A stretch of 64,000 nt of DNA, taken from an uncultured virus (IMG/VR IMGVR_UViG_3300027804_000060) (Duplodnaviria; Heunggongvirae; Uroviricota; Caudoviricetes). The stretch lies in the IMG/VR virus record IMGVR_UViG_3300027804_000060, one strand, 5' to 3'. Made by a program: the position numbers and the translations under genes. Shown one piece after another: positions 37,224-46,417 of this stretch. The notes beneath the pieces were generated by a model. It saw only the letters and a program-made list of their open reading frames with translations, was not told the origin of the DNA and ran no database searches. Each line of letters starts with the position of its first letter. Within the stretch, counting starts at the first letter, position 1.

Positions 37224-38153
37224 TTAATTAAATTTAATTGTTCCTGAACCTGTAAAGGTATATATTCTAAAACCAGATAGTATTGAATATGTAACTGTAC
37301 CTGTTGTTGTGGCTGCTGCGTAACCGGTTGGGTACTTGATGACTGCAATACCTGAACCACCGTTACCTGCATTAGTGCCGGCGGTGTTTTTCATACCACC
37401 ACCGCCACCGCCGGAATTTACTCCGCCATTCCCACCAACTGTATTTGTTCCATTCTGGCCGCCGTTTGAACCTCCTGTGCCTCCAGCTGTTGAACTTCCT
37501 CCTCCACCACCACCTGCACCACCGTTGCCCGCTGTGCCGGCGCCGCTGCTGCCGCCACCGCCACCCCCGCAATAATATGTTGCAGTGCCTGTTATGGAAT
37601 TTTGTAATCCAATACCACCTGAACCTGCCACTGTGGCGCTTACACTATTTCCACCAACAGCACCTGCGCCGCCACCGCCGGCACCTGCTAAAGCAGTGCC
37701 TGATATAAATGCATCACCTCCAGCATTTCCTTGACCTGTGATTGGTTCCCCGCCCAAGTGGTCTGTTGTGGAGCTACTAACTGCACCGCCACCTGAGGCG
37801 CCACTTCCTGGCCTTTTTGGATCTGTGTAACCTCCAATGCCCCATCCACCGCCATATGCATACAAAGAAAAACCAGTTGATGTGATTGAAGTGTCACCAC
37901 CTCGTTCTCCATTTGAAGAACTCGCACTGAAGACTCCTGCGGCGCCAGCACCACCGTTACCAACGATTACTGTATAGGTTACATTTTTTTTAAAAATAAA
38001 TGTGCTCTGATAATTATAACCACCAGCACCACCTCCTGCTGATCCACCTCCTCCACCTCCTCCAACCAGTAACATCTCAACTGTTATTAAATCACTACTT
38101 AAAGAAGTATTCTTAGTGGATAATGTACTGTTAGATAATTTTTTAATAGACAT
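37224..38153 (-). CDS. Glycine-rich adhesin-like protein
   Basis: VEMLLVGGGGGGG, polyglycine runs, ends GGSGIAVIKYP...FRIYTFTGSGTIKFN. Confidence 0.75.
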   Translation of the reverse strand: MSIKKLSNSTLSTKNTSLSSDLITVEMLLVGGGGGGGSAGGGAGGYNYQSTFIFKKNVTYTVIVGNGGAGAAGVFSASSSNGERGGDTSITSTGFSLYAYGGGWGIGGYTDPKRPGSGASGGGAVSSSTTDHLGGEPITGQGNAGGDAFISGTALAGAGGGGAGAVGGNSVSATVAGSGGIGLQNSITGTATYYCGGGGGGSSGAGTAGNGGAGGGGGGSSTAGGTGGSNGGQNGTNTVGGNGGVNSGGGGGGMKNTAGTNAGNGGSGIAVIKYPTGYAAATTTGTVTYSILSGFRIYTFTGSGTIKFN

Positions 38154-38154
38154 A

Positions 38155-38484
38155 TTATGTTATCTCACTACCATAAGCATGAAAACTTATTAATGCACTA
38201 CTTGCATTTACTGTGACAACATCAGTTGCTGCTAAAGTTAAACCAAGTGTCAATGATAACATATCATTTGCTGGTACAGGTGTGTCAAATGCCAAATAGT
38301 GTTGTGTAGCCAATGTTGCTCCTGCTGGACGAATAGCCACTTTAACTGTGCCACCAGTTGCAGACTGATTGCAAATAGAAAGTGTGGAAATAATTGTACT
38401 TGTTGCCGCAGGTACAGTATAAAGAGTTGTTGCTGTGTTTGCTGCTGGATTTGATTGACCTAAAACTTTGTATGCTGTTGCCAT
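38155..38484 (-). CDS. Small beta-sandwich putative adaptor (MATAYKVLGQ family)
   Basis: Start reassigned to the ATG at 38484 because the ORF-track start overlaps the upstream gene. TLYTVPA, ISTLSICN, ends YGSEIT. Confidence 0.75.
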   Translation of the reverse strand: MATAYKVLGQSNPAANTATTLYTVPAATSTIISTLSICNQSATGGTVKVAIRPAGATLATQHYLAFDTPVPANDMLSLTLGLTLAATDVVTVNASSALISFHAYGSEIT

Positions 38485-38489
38485 TTTTA

Positions 38490-38843
38490 TTATTCCGCCA
38501 TTTCTATCCAAGAAATTGTTTTTTCGTCCCAACCGTAAGATTTGCCGTCTGTTGGATATTCAGTCGGTGCTTCCCATTGGCATGTATTTTCATTTAACGT
38601 CCAACTGTCAAAAGGTTTTGGTGGTATGAACGCATCACGAACTGAATCATATATGAATCCTATACCAGCATAATTTTTTCTCAATGGTATTCCACCCAAT
38701 CGATGTACACCTCCAACTGTATTGTAACTTGTTTGTACGAAACTATTTGGATCACCAAAAAGTCCTGTGTCAATAACATCTTGTTCTATTACTAGAACTT
38801 GTTTTACAATATTGTTTTTATCTATTTGTGCAAAGTGTGTCAT
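38490..38843 (-). CDS. Fibre-associated hypothetical protein (HFAQ family), paralog 2
   Basis: 117 aa, aligns end to end with 25266..25625. Confidence 0.8.
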   Translation of the reverse strand: MTHFAQIDKNNIVKQVLVIEQDVIDTGLFGDPNSFVQTSYNTVGGVHRLGGIPLRKNYAGIGFIYDSVRDAFIPPKPFDSWTLNENTCQWEAPTEYPTDGKSYGWDEKTISWIEMAE

Positions 38844-38878
38844 TTTTATTCTGTAGTATCTTTTGCCATGTTTTTTCC

Positions 38879-39745
38879 TTATGCACCCATTAACAAGAAT
38901 GGACTAATTGTTTCTGTGGATGCACTGCTAGTTGTACCGTTTGAAATTGTTGGTGAAGTTATATCTACCCAATTATTGCTTGTGCCATCATTTATATATT
39001 CATAAAGAATATCTGTTGTAGTTAAATACCAATGGTCTCCAGGTTTTGGTGATGATGGCGCAGTAGACGATGCTGTATATATTGTAACTGTATTTGCTTT
39101 TGTAAATGATGCATTGGCTGTTGTAAAGGCACCATTAGCAAAGCTAGCTGCCGAATTAGCCTGTAAGAAAGATGCGTTAGCTGTATCTCTGGCATAAGTG
39201 TCAGCACCGCCACTTGTGTTTGCTGCTAAGTAAGCTGCATTAGCGTGAGCATATGCCGAATTGGCAAAACCAGCCGTAGTGTTTTGTGATGCATAGGATG
39301 CATTAGCAGTTATAAAAGCACTGTTAGCAAAGCTAGCTGCTGAGTTGGCTTTATCAAAGGCTGCATTGGCAAATGTTGCACCAGAATTGGCAGTAGTAAA
39401 AGCACCATTAGCAAATGATGAACCAGAATTTGCTGCAGCAAAGGCTCCATTGGCATACAAACCAGCACTTGTTGCTTTATCATCAGATGTGTTAGCTGCT
39501 AAGAAGGCAAGATTAGCATATAGACTTGCTGAGTTAGCCACACCAAAAGAAGAATTGGCCTGGATGAATGCTGCATTAGCCTGACTAAATGCAAACCCGG
39601 CACTTGAACCGGAGTTGGCCGCAGCAAAGGCTCCATTGGCATATAGTGATGCAGAATTGGCTGCATCAAAAGCAGAATTGGCTTTATTAAATGCACTACC
39701 ATTAGTGTCATCTATGATAAAGGGTTTTATTTTTAATAATGCCAT
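38879..39745 (-). CDS. Fibre shaft protein, almost entirely AFxxANx heptads, ending SPFLLMGA
   Basis: N-terminal MALLKIKPFIID; more than 20 heptads; APSSPKPGDHWY module near the C-terminus. Confidence 0.75.
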   Translation of the reverse strand: MALLKIKPFIIDDTNGSAFNKANSAFDAANSASLYANGAFAAANSGSSAGFAFSQANAAFIQANSSFGVANSASLYANLAFLAANTSDDKATSAGLYANGAFAAANSGSSFANGAFTTANSGATFANAAFDKANSAASFANSAFITANASYASQNTTAGFANSAYAHANAAYLAANTSGGADTYARDTANASFLQANSAASFANGAFTTANASFTKANTVTIYTASSTAPSSPKPGDHWYLTTTDILYEYINDGTSNNWVDITSPTISNGTTSSASTETISPFLLMGA

Positions 39746-39769
39746 TTTCTTTTTATTGTTTGTATTCTA

Positions 39770-39777
39770 TATTTAGT
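39770..39777 (-). promoter_or_regulatory. Late promoter variant (ACTAAATA)
   Basis: TAAATA core 24 nt upstream of the ATG at 39745. Confidence 0.55.
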
Positions 39778-39781
39778 TCGA

Positions 39782-42700
39782 TCATTTAACATCAAGTGCG
39801 GCCGCAGGTGGAGTAAACGCAGATGTATACCTTGCATAACCTTTTGTGATGCGAAGATCGTCTATATATCCTGTAATAGGAATTGTGGTATCTCTTCCTG
39901 CCCCTATTACAAGTTGATTTGTTTGATTATAGTTAGTACTCAGAGTTACGGAATATGCTTGTGTGCCATTAACAAAAAGTTTAGTGGTTGTACCTGATCT
40001 AGTAAATGCTATATGGGTCCAACTATTATTAGTTACTGCCACACTACCCCCATAGTTATTAACAGTGTCGCTAAATGCCCAATAACCAGTATCATTGATA
40101 ATAACCGACCACCCTGTATTGGCTGCGCCTTTACTAACAAATGCCCGCCAACTTGAGCCGCCAGTTACATAAGCCCAGAATTCAACAGTAAAATCCCCAG
40201 TTCCAAATTGCAAATTGACATTATTAGGAACAGTTAAATAATCTCCAGTACCATCAAAATACATACTAGCACTACCATATTTTTTAATACTTGTACTCAA
40301 TTGTGCATTACCCGCAGTCTCTAAGTTATTCATCATAGAATAATCTAATATTGCTGGTTTACTATCCAGTAACAATGTTGTATTTTTAATAGCAGTTAAT
40401 GGTGTGAGTGGAGGTACAAATGATGATGTGTAAAGTGCTTGACCTTTTAATACACGAAGGTTTGAAATGTAACCATTCATAAAATAATTTGCTGCTTGGC
40501 CGCCTATGATACCACCGGTTTCGGTTATGTTTGTGGTAAGTCCTGCTGTGGTATTATCAAGTATACCATTCAAAAACATTCTTACTGTACCACTTGATCT
40601 TGTCCATGCACAATGGTACCATTGCCCAGCAACCAGTGCCGTGCCTGAACTTTCTGTGCCAACCGTCGATGTTGTTATGTATAATTTATTTGATCCACCT
40701 AAACCAAATGCAAATCCAGCCGAACTAGTAGCAGTACCTGCAAACTGTCTATAACTTGCCCCAATGGTTGTTAAATAAACCCACAATTCAACAGTAAAGT
40801 CTCCTGTGCCAAACGTGTACGCCGTGGATCCAGTTGTGGCCAAATAATCCCCAGTACCATCAAAGTATGCAGAGCCACCGTGTACAACAGTATCATAACT
40901 TTGTAATGCACTTGTGGTGTAACCGAATGGGTTGTTCCTATTAGGTTTAGTGTCACCGGCCACAGTTATTGCAAATGCATTATTACTATTATCAATCATT
41001 GTAGTTGATTGACAGGTTAGTAAACTTGTGTTTGCAATTGCTGTTAGTGGTGTTGTGCTTGGTGTGAATGTAGAAGTATATAATGCAGTACCTTTGTTTA
41101 CATGAAGGTTAGAAATATAACCAAAATGATACCAACTGGCGCCTGCATCTCCACCTATATGTGATATTCCTGCAACATAATCTGTAGTGTTTCCTGCTGC
41201 GGTACTGACAAGCGCACCGTTCACAAACAATCTTAAATTTGTTCCTGATCTAGAAACAGCAATATGATACCAGGTTCCTACTACTGGCACAAAACTATAT
41301 ACAATTTGATTTGCTGATCGATTTGAAACTACTATAGAATTTGCGTTAAATGCACCACTATCCCAATATAAATTAAAAGATCCGGTTGTTTGCATATCAA
41401 TTATAGGCCTTGGTGCAGCAATCGATGACCAATTTACCCAGGCTTCTACTGTAAAATCGCCAGTGCCAAAAGCAAGATTGGCATTAGATGGCACAGACAA
41501 ATAATCTGTTGTACCATCAAAGAAATTACTATAACTTGTTGGTGTCACTGTGTAATTACCGAACGGACTGAATCTTTGAACTGAAGTGTCACCATTTCTT
41601 GTTATCACACTGTTTATTGGAGAATAATCAACAAATTGATTTGAGTTACAGGTCAACAAACTGGTGTTAGCAATTGCTGTTAGTGGTGTTGTGCTTGGCG
41701 TGAATGTGGTTGTATAAACTGCGGTACCTTTTACAACACGAACATTAGAGATGTAACCTGTAATATAACTAGCCGACCCTCTGTCTTTACCAACAAATAA
41801 AGAAGTGCTAACTCCATTAAACGACTGTGAACTAGTTCCAGAACCATTTGATACACCATTTAAATAATGAGTTATAGTTGAACCTGAACGAACTACTGCA
41901 ATATGATTCCATTGGTTTGCAGGTATTGTGTTAGTAGTAACTATTGCAACACCTCCTTGACCTTCAAATTGAAGTGTATTATTAGTAGCATTAAAATCTA
42001 AAAACCATCCTGCACTAATTGCTTGTGATGTGTTTGTATCAGCACAACCAACGATACCACCATAAGAACCATGTGCAGACCAATTTAACCAACATTCTAT
42101 AGTAAAATCTCCAGGAAAAGCGAATGCAGAATTATATGAAGTTGACAATGAATCTCCAGTGCCATCAAAGTAATTACTCCAATCATCACCATAAGGACTA
42201 AAAGTACCTTGTGTGGCATTACCATTTCTTGTGATAATGTTAGTAACACTACTACTGTCCAAGAACATACTGTTATTGTTTGGTTGGTTGTATTGGCATG
42301 TTAACAAACTGGTGTTAGCAATTGCAGTTAGTGGTGTGGTTGACGGAGTGAATGTTGTGGTGTATAGTGCAGTCTTTGTCAATCTCCAGTTAGAAATGTA
42401 TCCGTTAACATATTGGGCACTAGGTGCGTTAAGATATCCAATCCAGTTGTTTGTGCCAGTCATTAGAGTGGCACTACTTAATGTTTGCGTAGATCCTTGT
42501 TGTACACCATTTAAAAATACTCTGACACTGGTACCCGATTTAGATACTGCCATATGTTGCCAGGTATTCAATGTCAATGTGCCTAGGCCTGAACCAAGAT
42601 TAATGCTCCAAGTAGTTCCGTTGGTAGACATTAGTAGAGAAATTGCTCCAGAACTTTCATAACCGAATCGTATAGCGGCATAATAGGATGCATTAGCATC

Positions 42701-44824
42701 TATTACCGCAACTGGATTACCGTTTGCCACAAATGTTGTAGGATAAACCCACGCTTCAATAGTGAAATCACTACCTGCTGGTTGTAGTGATGCGTTTCCG
42801 GATGGTAGTGTTAGGTAATCCCCGTTACCATCAAAGTATGTACTGCCGTATGTACTGTAACTATTGTCGAGTACAAATGGATCAAATGAATTTACTGCTG
42901 TGTTACCAGACGTTGTAATAGCAAAATTATTACTTGAAGTGTCAATCAAACGAGCTGATTGCATTCCTAAAAATTGTGTACCGGATATAGCAGTTAATGG
43001 TGATGTTGGCGGTGTGAATATTGTTGTGCCGGTAGTCGTACTACTGGTTGAGTAGGCTGATACAATTGACCCTCGCACAACTCGCATATTAGAAATATAA
43101 CCAATGATGCCGCCGGCTTCGGTCGCTGTCCTCCAAGATGAGCCCCCTGATGGAAAATTATTTCCACCCGATCCTGAATATGCTCTTAGCACGCCATTAA
43201 CAAATATACGCATCGCCGAACCAGTTCTAGTGATACACAAATGTAACCACTGATTGGTTAATGATGATATACTATAACTTGTTATGGCGCCTGTACCGTT
43301 TCCACCAACTACTAATGTTCCACCACTTAAATAAATTTGAAATGATCCACCAACCCCTGTACTACTTTCAAATATTCTAGGATAATCACCACCCATTGTT
43401 GAAATATATACCCAACATTCCCATGTAAAATCTTCTGTACCAATGGGCCCAGCATTTCCACCAATTGTATATACATCACTAGTGCCATCAAAGTATGCAC
43501 TATAATAACCTGTTGTATATGGATTAAAGTAATTTGGTTTCGTGTCACCATTGACTGTTATTGCAAGTGCATTTGTACTTGCATCTGCATTGAACGGTAT
43601 TGATGGTGTTTCACCATTTAATAGAAGTACATTGTATGGCCAGTAAGTATCACCAGACACACTCACTACCCAATTAAATGTTCTTGTTGCAGTGCGACCT
43701 GTTGTGGCTGCTGTTGCTGTGATTAAACTGCCACTATTTCCTGTTACAGTTGGAGTGCCCACGATAGTTGCACCGCTGACACTTAATCCTGTCGGTAAAC
43801 TATTTGCAGTATATGTAATACTTTTACCTGCAGCACTAGAAGCATCCATATTGAAAGTTGTCATTGCAGAATTTTGTGCCAATGAAGTCACATATTGATC
43901 CGCAGGACTATTCCATGTAACAACATCTTGATTAACCACAAAACCAATATTTCTGGTTGCTGTTCTATTTGTTGTGGCTGCTGTTGCCGTCAATTGAGTG
44001 TAACTGGTACCTGTAACTGTTGGTGTACCTGAAATTGTATTGCCAGTTAATGTGATACCTGTTGGTAAACTATTCGCAGTATATGCAATATTTTTACCTG
44101 CAGCACTAGTTGAAATTAAAGATATCGAACTTATGGCTGAATGTTCATATACTGTAGTTGTCGAGTTGTCTGCTGGACTACTCCATGTAACCGAATCAGG
44201 ATTTATTGTTATACTAAATGCACGGTCCGTATCTTGATTTTGTCCGTCAGTTGCACGAATGGTAAAACTATATGTTGTTGGGCTGTCTGTGGCCTGTGAA
44301 GTTCCAGATATCAATCCGGTTGATGTATTCAAAGAACTTCCTGGTGGTAATGTACCCGATAACAAACTATAGGTAACTGAAACATCAGCTGCAGCGTCCA
44401 CTACAGATGCTACAGGAGCGGTCTCATAAACTGTTGCAAGACTTCCTGCAGCTGTTGTCCATGCTGGTGTGCCACTATAACTAATGCCAGGAACTGCAAT
44501 CGCCGTACCACCATCTGTGTTCACAACATAAAGTGTGTATGTTCCCGAAGATTGTGCAGGTGCAGTGAACGTCAAACTTGTAGGACTCACAACACTCACA
44601 ACACTTGCTGGTGTACCATTAACAATAACAGAGGCACCTGTATTAAATCCAGTTCCAGATATTGAAATCGTTTGATTGCCACCAGTATTTGCGGCAGTAT
44701 CATCTCCAGGATAAGTAATCGTTGTAATTTTTGGAACAGAAGAAACTCCTGTTGTAGACAGTACTGTACTTACAACATTGGATAAAGCATTTGCTTTTAG
44801 GTTTGTTAGATTTGTTGTTGCCAT
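39782..44824 (-). CDS. Giant adhesin: IPT/TIG plus three Ig-like (He_PIG) domains plus about 6 LamG domains
   Basis: Start reassigned to MATTNL at 44824 (TAATG overlap with the upstream stop). Paralog of 28718..34813, with six YFDG..D-opened modules. Confidence 0.85.
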   Translation of the reverse strand: MATTNLTNLKANALSNVVSTVLSTTGVSSVPKITTITYPGDDTAANTGGNQTISISGTGFNTGASVIVNGTPASVVSVVSPTSLTFTAPAQSSGTYTLYVVNTDGGTAIAVPGISYSGTPAWTTAAGSLATVYETAPVASVVDAAADVSVTYSLLSGTLPPGSSLNTSTGLISGTSQATDSPTTYSFTIRATDGQNQDTDRAFSITINPDSVTWSSPADNSTTTVYEHSAISSISLISTSAAGKNIAYTANSLPTGITLTGNTISGTPTVTGTSYTQLTATAATTNRTATRNIGFVVNQDVVTWNSPADQYVTSLAQNSAMTTFNMDASSAAGKSITYTANSLPTGLSVSGATIVGTPTVTGNSGSLITATAATTGRTATRTFNWVVSVSGDTYWPYNVLLLNGETPSIPFNADASTNALAITVNGDTKPNYFNPYTTGYYSAYFDGTSDVYTIGGNAGPIGTEDFTWECWVYISTMGGDYPRIFESSTGVGGSFQIYLSGGTLVVGGNGTGAITSYSISSLTNQWLHLCITRTGSAMRIFVNGVLRAYSGSGGNNFPSGGSSWRTATEAGGIIGYISNMRVVRGSIVSAYSTSSTTTGTTIFTPPTSPLTAISGTQFLGMQSARLIDTSSNNFAITTSGNTAVNSFDPFVLDNSYSTYGSTYFDGNGDYLTLPSGNASLQPAGSDFTIEAWVYPTTFVANGNPVAVIDANASYYAAIRFGYESSGAISLLMSTNGTTWSINLGSGLGTLTLNTWQHMAVSKSGTSVRVFLNGVQQGSTQTLSSATLMTGTNNWIGYLNAPSAQYVNGYISNWRLTKTALYTTTFTPSTTPLTAIANTSLLTCQYNQPNNNSMFLDSSSVTNIITRNGNATQGTFSPYGDDWSNYFDGTGDSLSTSYNSAFAFPGDFTIECWLNWSAHGSYGGIVGCADTNTSQAISAGWFLDFNATNNTLQFEGQGGVAIVTTNTIPANQWNHIAVVRSGSTITHYLNGVSNGSGTSSQSFNGVSTSLFVGKDRGSASYITGYISNVRVVKGTAVYTTTFTPSTTPLTAIANTSLLTCNSNQFVDYSPINSVITRNGDTSVQRFSPFGNYTVTPTSYSNFFDGTTDYLSVPSNANLAFGTGDFTVEAWVNWSSIAAPRPIIDMQTTGSFNLYWDSGAFNANSIVVSNRSANQIVYSFVPVVGTWYHIAVSRSGTNLRLFVNGALVSTAAGNTTDYVAGISHIGGDAGASWYHFGYISNLHVNKGTALYTSTFTPSTTPLTAIANTSLLTCQSTTMIDNSNNAFAITVAGDTKPNRNNPFGYTTSALQSYDTVVHGGSAYFDGTGDYLATTGSTAYTFGTGDFTVELWVYLTTIGASYRQFAGTATSSAGFAFGLGGSNKLYITTSTVGTESSGTALVAGQWYHCAWTRSSGTVRMFLNGILDNTTAGLTTNITETGGIIGGQAANYFMNGYISNLRVLKGQALYTSSFVPPLTPLTAIKNTTLLLDSKPAILDYSMMNNLETAGNAQLSTSIKKYGSASMYFDGTGDYLTVPNNVNLQFGTGDFTVEFWAYVTGGSSWRAFVSKGAANTGWSVIINDTGYWAFSDTVNNYGGSVAVTNNSWTHIAFTRSGTTTKLFVNGTQAYSVTLSTNYNQTNQLVIGAGRDTTIPITGYIDDLRITKGYARYTSAFTPPAAALDVK

Positions 44825-45618
44825 TATAACTCCAATACTTTCCATCCATATGTGCTATTACTGTATACTAAACCAAAACTACTTTGGTCTACGTTAACTA
44901 TTAAATCGTTTGTATTGCCTTGTATTTTGTGTGAATTTCTATTAATGGTTAAATTATTTGCACTAAATGTTCCGGCCAAATCATTGAGTCTGATAGTGTC
45001 TCCTAAAGTTGCACTTACGGGTAAAGTCATTGTTAATGGACCACCCATAGTATTTACAAAGTAACCAGAACTGACAGTCATTGTAGTGTTTGCATTTGCA
45101 ATATACCATGTGATTGATGAACCAGCACCACCAGCACCAGTCAATGTGGTTACTTCAATATATGATGTGCTCGGTGGATTTGAATCAAAAGTTAATAAGT
45201 TCCCAGTTAAACTATATGAAGCTTTAGGTTGCAAGACACCCTGTACAGCAACAAAAGTTATATTAGCACTTGTTGGTGTGGTTGATAATGTGAAAGCTGA
45301 CGTTGAACCGTCACCAGTAAACACATCAACATATCCTGTTAATGCTCCTCCACCACCTCCAGTATTTGCTGCAGCAAATGCCGCATTGGCTCTATCGAAA
45401 GCTCCGTTAGCATATAGACTTGATGAATTAGCAGCACCAAACGCAGAGTTTGATTGTAAGAAAGCACCGTTGGCCAGTGCCGCTGCAGTATTTGCTCCTA
45501 TAAAAGCACCATTGGCAAACAACGATGCTGAGTTGGCGGTTACAAATGCACCATTGGCAAATGAACCGGCTACCCTTACATCTTTATTTGATTGGTTGCC
45601 AATATAAGTAAATTGCAT
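44824..45618 (-). CDS. Fibre connector: heptads, Ig-like module and a gp34-like C-terminal domain
   Basis: N-terminal YIGNQ; ANGAF heptads; GDGSTSAF...VAVQGVLQ; YFVNT.GG.LT.TLP..ATLGDTI...D..GTF..NNLTI.RN. Confidence 0.65.
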   Translation of the reverse strand: MQFTYIGNQSNKDVRVAGSFANGAFVTANSASLFANGAFIGANTAAALANGAFLQSNSAFGAANSSSLYANGAFDRANAAFAAANTGGGGGALTGYVDVFTGDGSTSAFTLSTTPTSANITFVAVQGVLQPKASYSLTGNLLTFDSNPPSTSYIEVTTLTGAGGAGSSITWYIANANTTMTVSSGYFVNTMGGPLTMTLPVSATLGDTIRLNDLAGTFSANNLTINRNSHKIQGNTNDLIVNVDQSSFGLVYSNSTYGWKVLEL

Positions 45619-45619
45619 A

Positions 45620-45946
45620 TTATGTTATTTCTAATAAACTTACAATAACATCTGCTGCTGATGCGTTACTGGTTGAAACTTTAAGTATATCATTGGCTTC
45701 TAATACCAATTTTTGTTCACCACCGATGGTGATTAAAGAATTACCTGGATCGATTGTAGCCATCTTAACCATATAATAATCCGAACCACCAGATGTTACT
45801 ATAACATTTGCAGTTATCGCAGTGTTCAATATGTTTGCAATAGTCATACCAATAATTGTGGTAGATACACCTGTACCGGCAGTGTATACGGTTGTGGGTG
45901 AAGTTCCGACTGCTGCTTGTAGTTGATTTTTGAAAGTATTTGCCAT
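45620..45946 (-). CDS. Small beta-sandwich putative adaptor (MANTFKN family)
   Basis: 108 aa; TVYTA, IIGMTIANI, KLVLEANDILKV, ends SLLEIT. Confidence 0.75.
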   Translation of the reverse strand: MANTFKNQLQAAVGTSPTTVYTAGTGVSTTIIGMTIANILNTAITANVIVTSGGSDYYMVKMATIDPGNSLITIGGEQKLVLEANDILKVSTSNASAADVIVSLLEIT

Positions 45947-45964
45947 TTAAATTTCCTTATACTC

Positions 45965-45972
45965 TATTTATT
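45965..45972 (-). promoter_or_regulatory. Late promoter (AATAAATA)
   Basis: Upstream of the AAGGA RBS and ATG at 45946. Confidence 0.6.
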
Positions 45973-45975
45973 TTA

Positions 45976-46413
45976 TCAACTAAATGCGATAGTGAAAGCA
46001 ACAATATCTGCGTTTACATCAAGTGCAGTTGTACCTGTATTTGCTTTCTCAAAAGCTGCATTGGCATGAATGAAGGCCGCATTAGCTCTATCAAATGCAG
46101 GTCCAGGATCACTGCCGCCAGCAACTGATGCATTGATTGTGATTGTTTTTGTGGTTGTATTGGTGCTGATGGTTACATTATTACCAGCAGCGAAAGACAG
46201 TGTGTCTGAACCACTTGTGGCTAATATTAAGGAACTATTAGCATTGATTGTGTCAAAAGAAAATTGGTTGGAAATGTATGATGTTCCACCAAGACTGTTT
46301 TTGTAATACAGTTTACCATCGGCATAGTTAAGCGCCAACTCACCATTAGCTAGGCCTGTTGGTGTGTTTCCTGTAACGCCTGATTTTTTTAACCGTATTG
46401 CTGTATTTGACAT
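45976..46413 (-). CDS. Short fibre linker with IxLKxS...GELA N-terminal domain and hydrophobic C-terminus IVAFTIAFS
   Basis: MSNTAIRLKKSG..G.TP..L.NGELALNYADGKLYYKN, followed by a few heptads. Confidence 0.7.
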   Translation of the reverse strand: MSNTAIRLKKSGVTGNTPTGLANGELALNYADGKLYYKNSLGGTSYISNQFSFDTINANSSLILATSGSDTLSFAAGNNVTISTNTTTKTITINASVAGGSDPGPAFDRANAAFIHANAAFEKANTGTTALDVNADIVAFTIAFS

Positions 46414-46417
46414 TTAC

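Noticed and set aside
38485..38532. ORF-track N-terminal extension MGRKNNF of the adaptor gene (and MESIGVI at 44825-44845)
   Set aside because: Both overlap upstream genes; the downstream ATGs at 38484 and 44824 fit the translational coupling and paralog N-termini.
28718..44824. Recurring ccagtaccatcaaa-type repeats as CRISPR or invertase sites
   Set aside because: They encode the FDGTGD motif in frame, are hundreds of bases apart and in one orientation, and no recombinase or cas gene is present.
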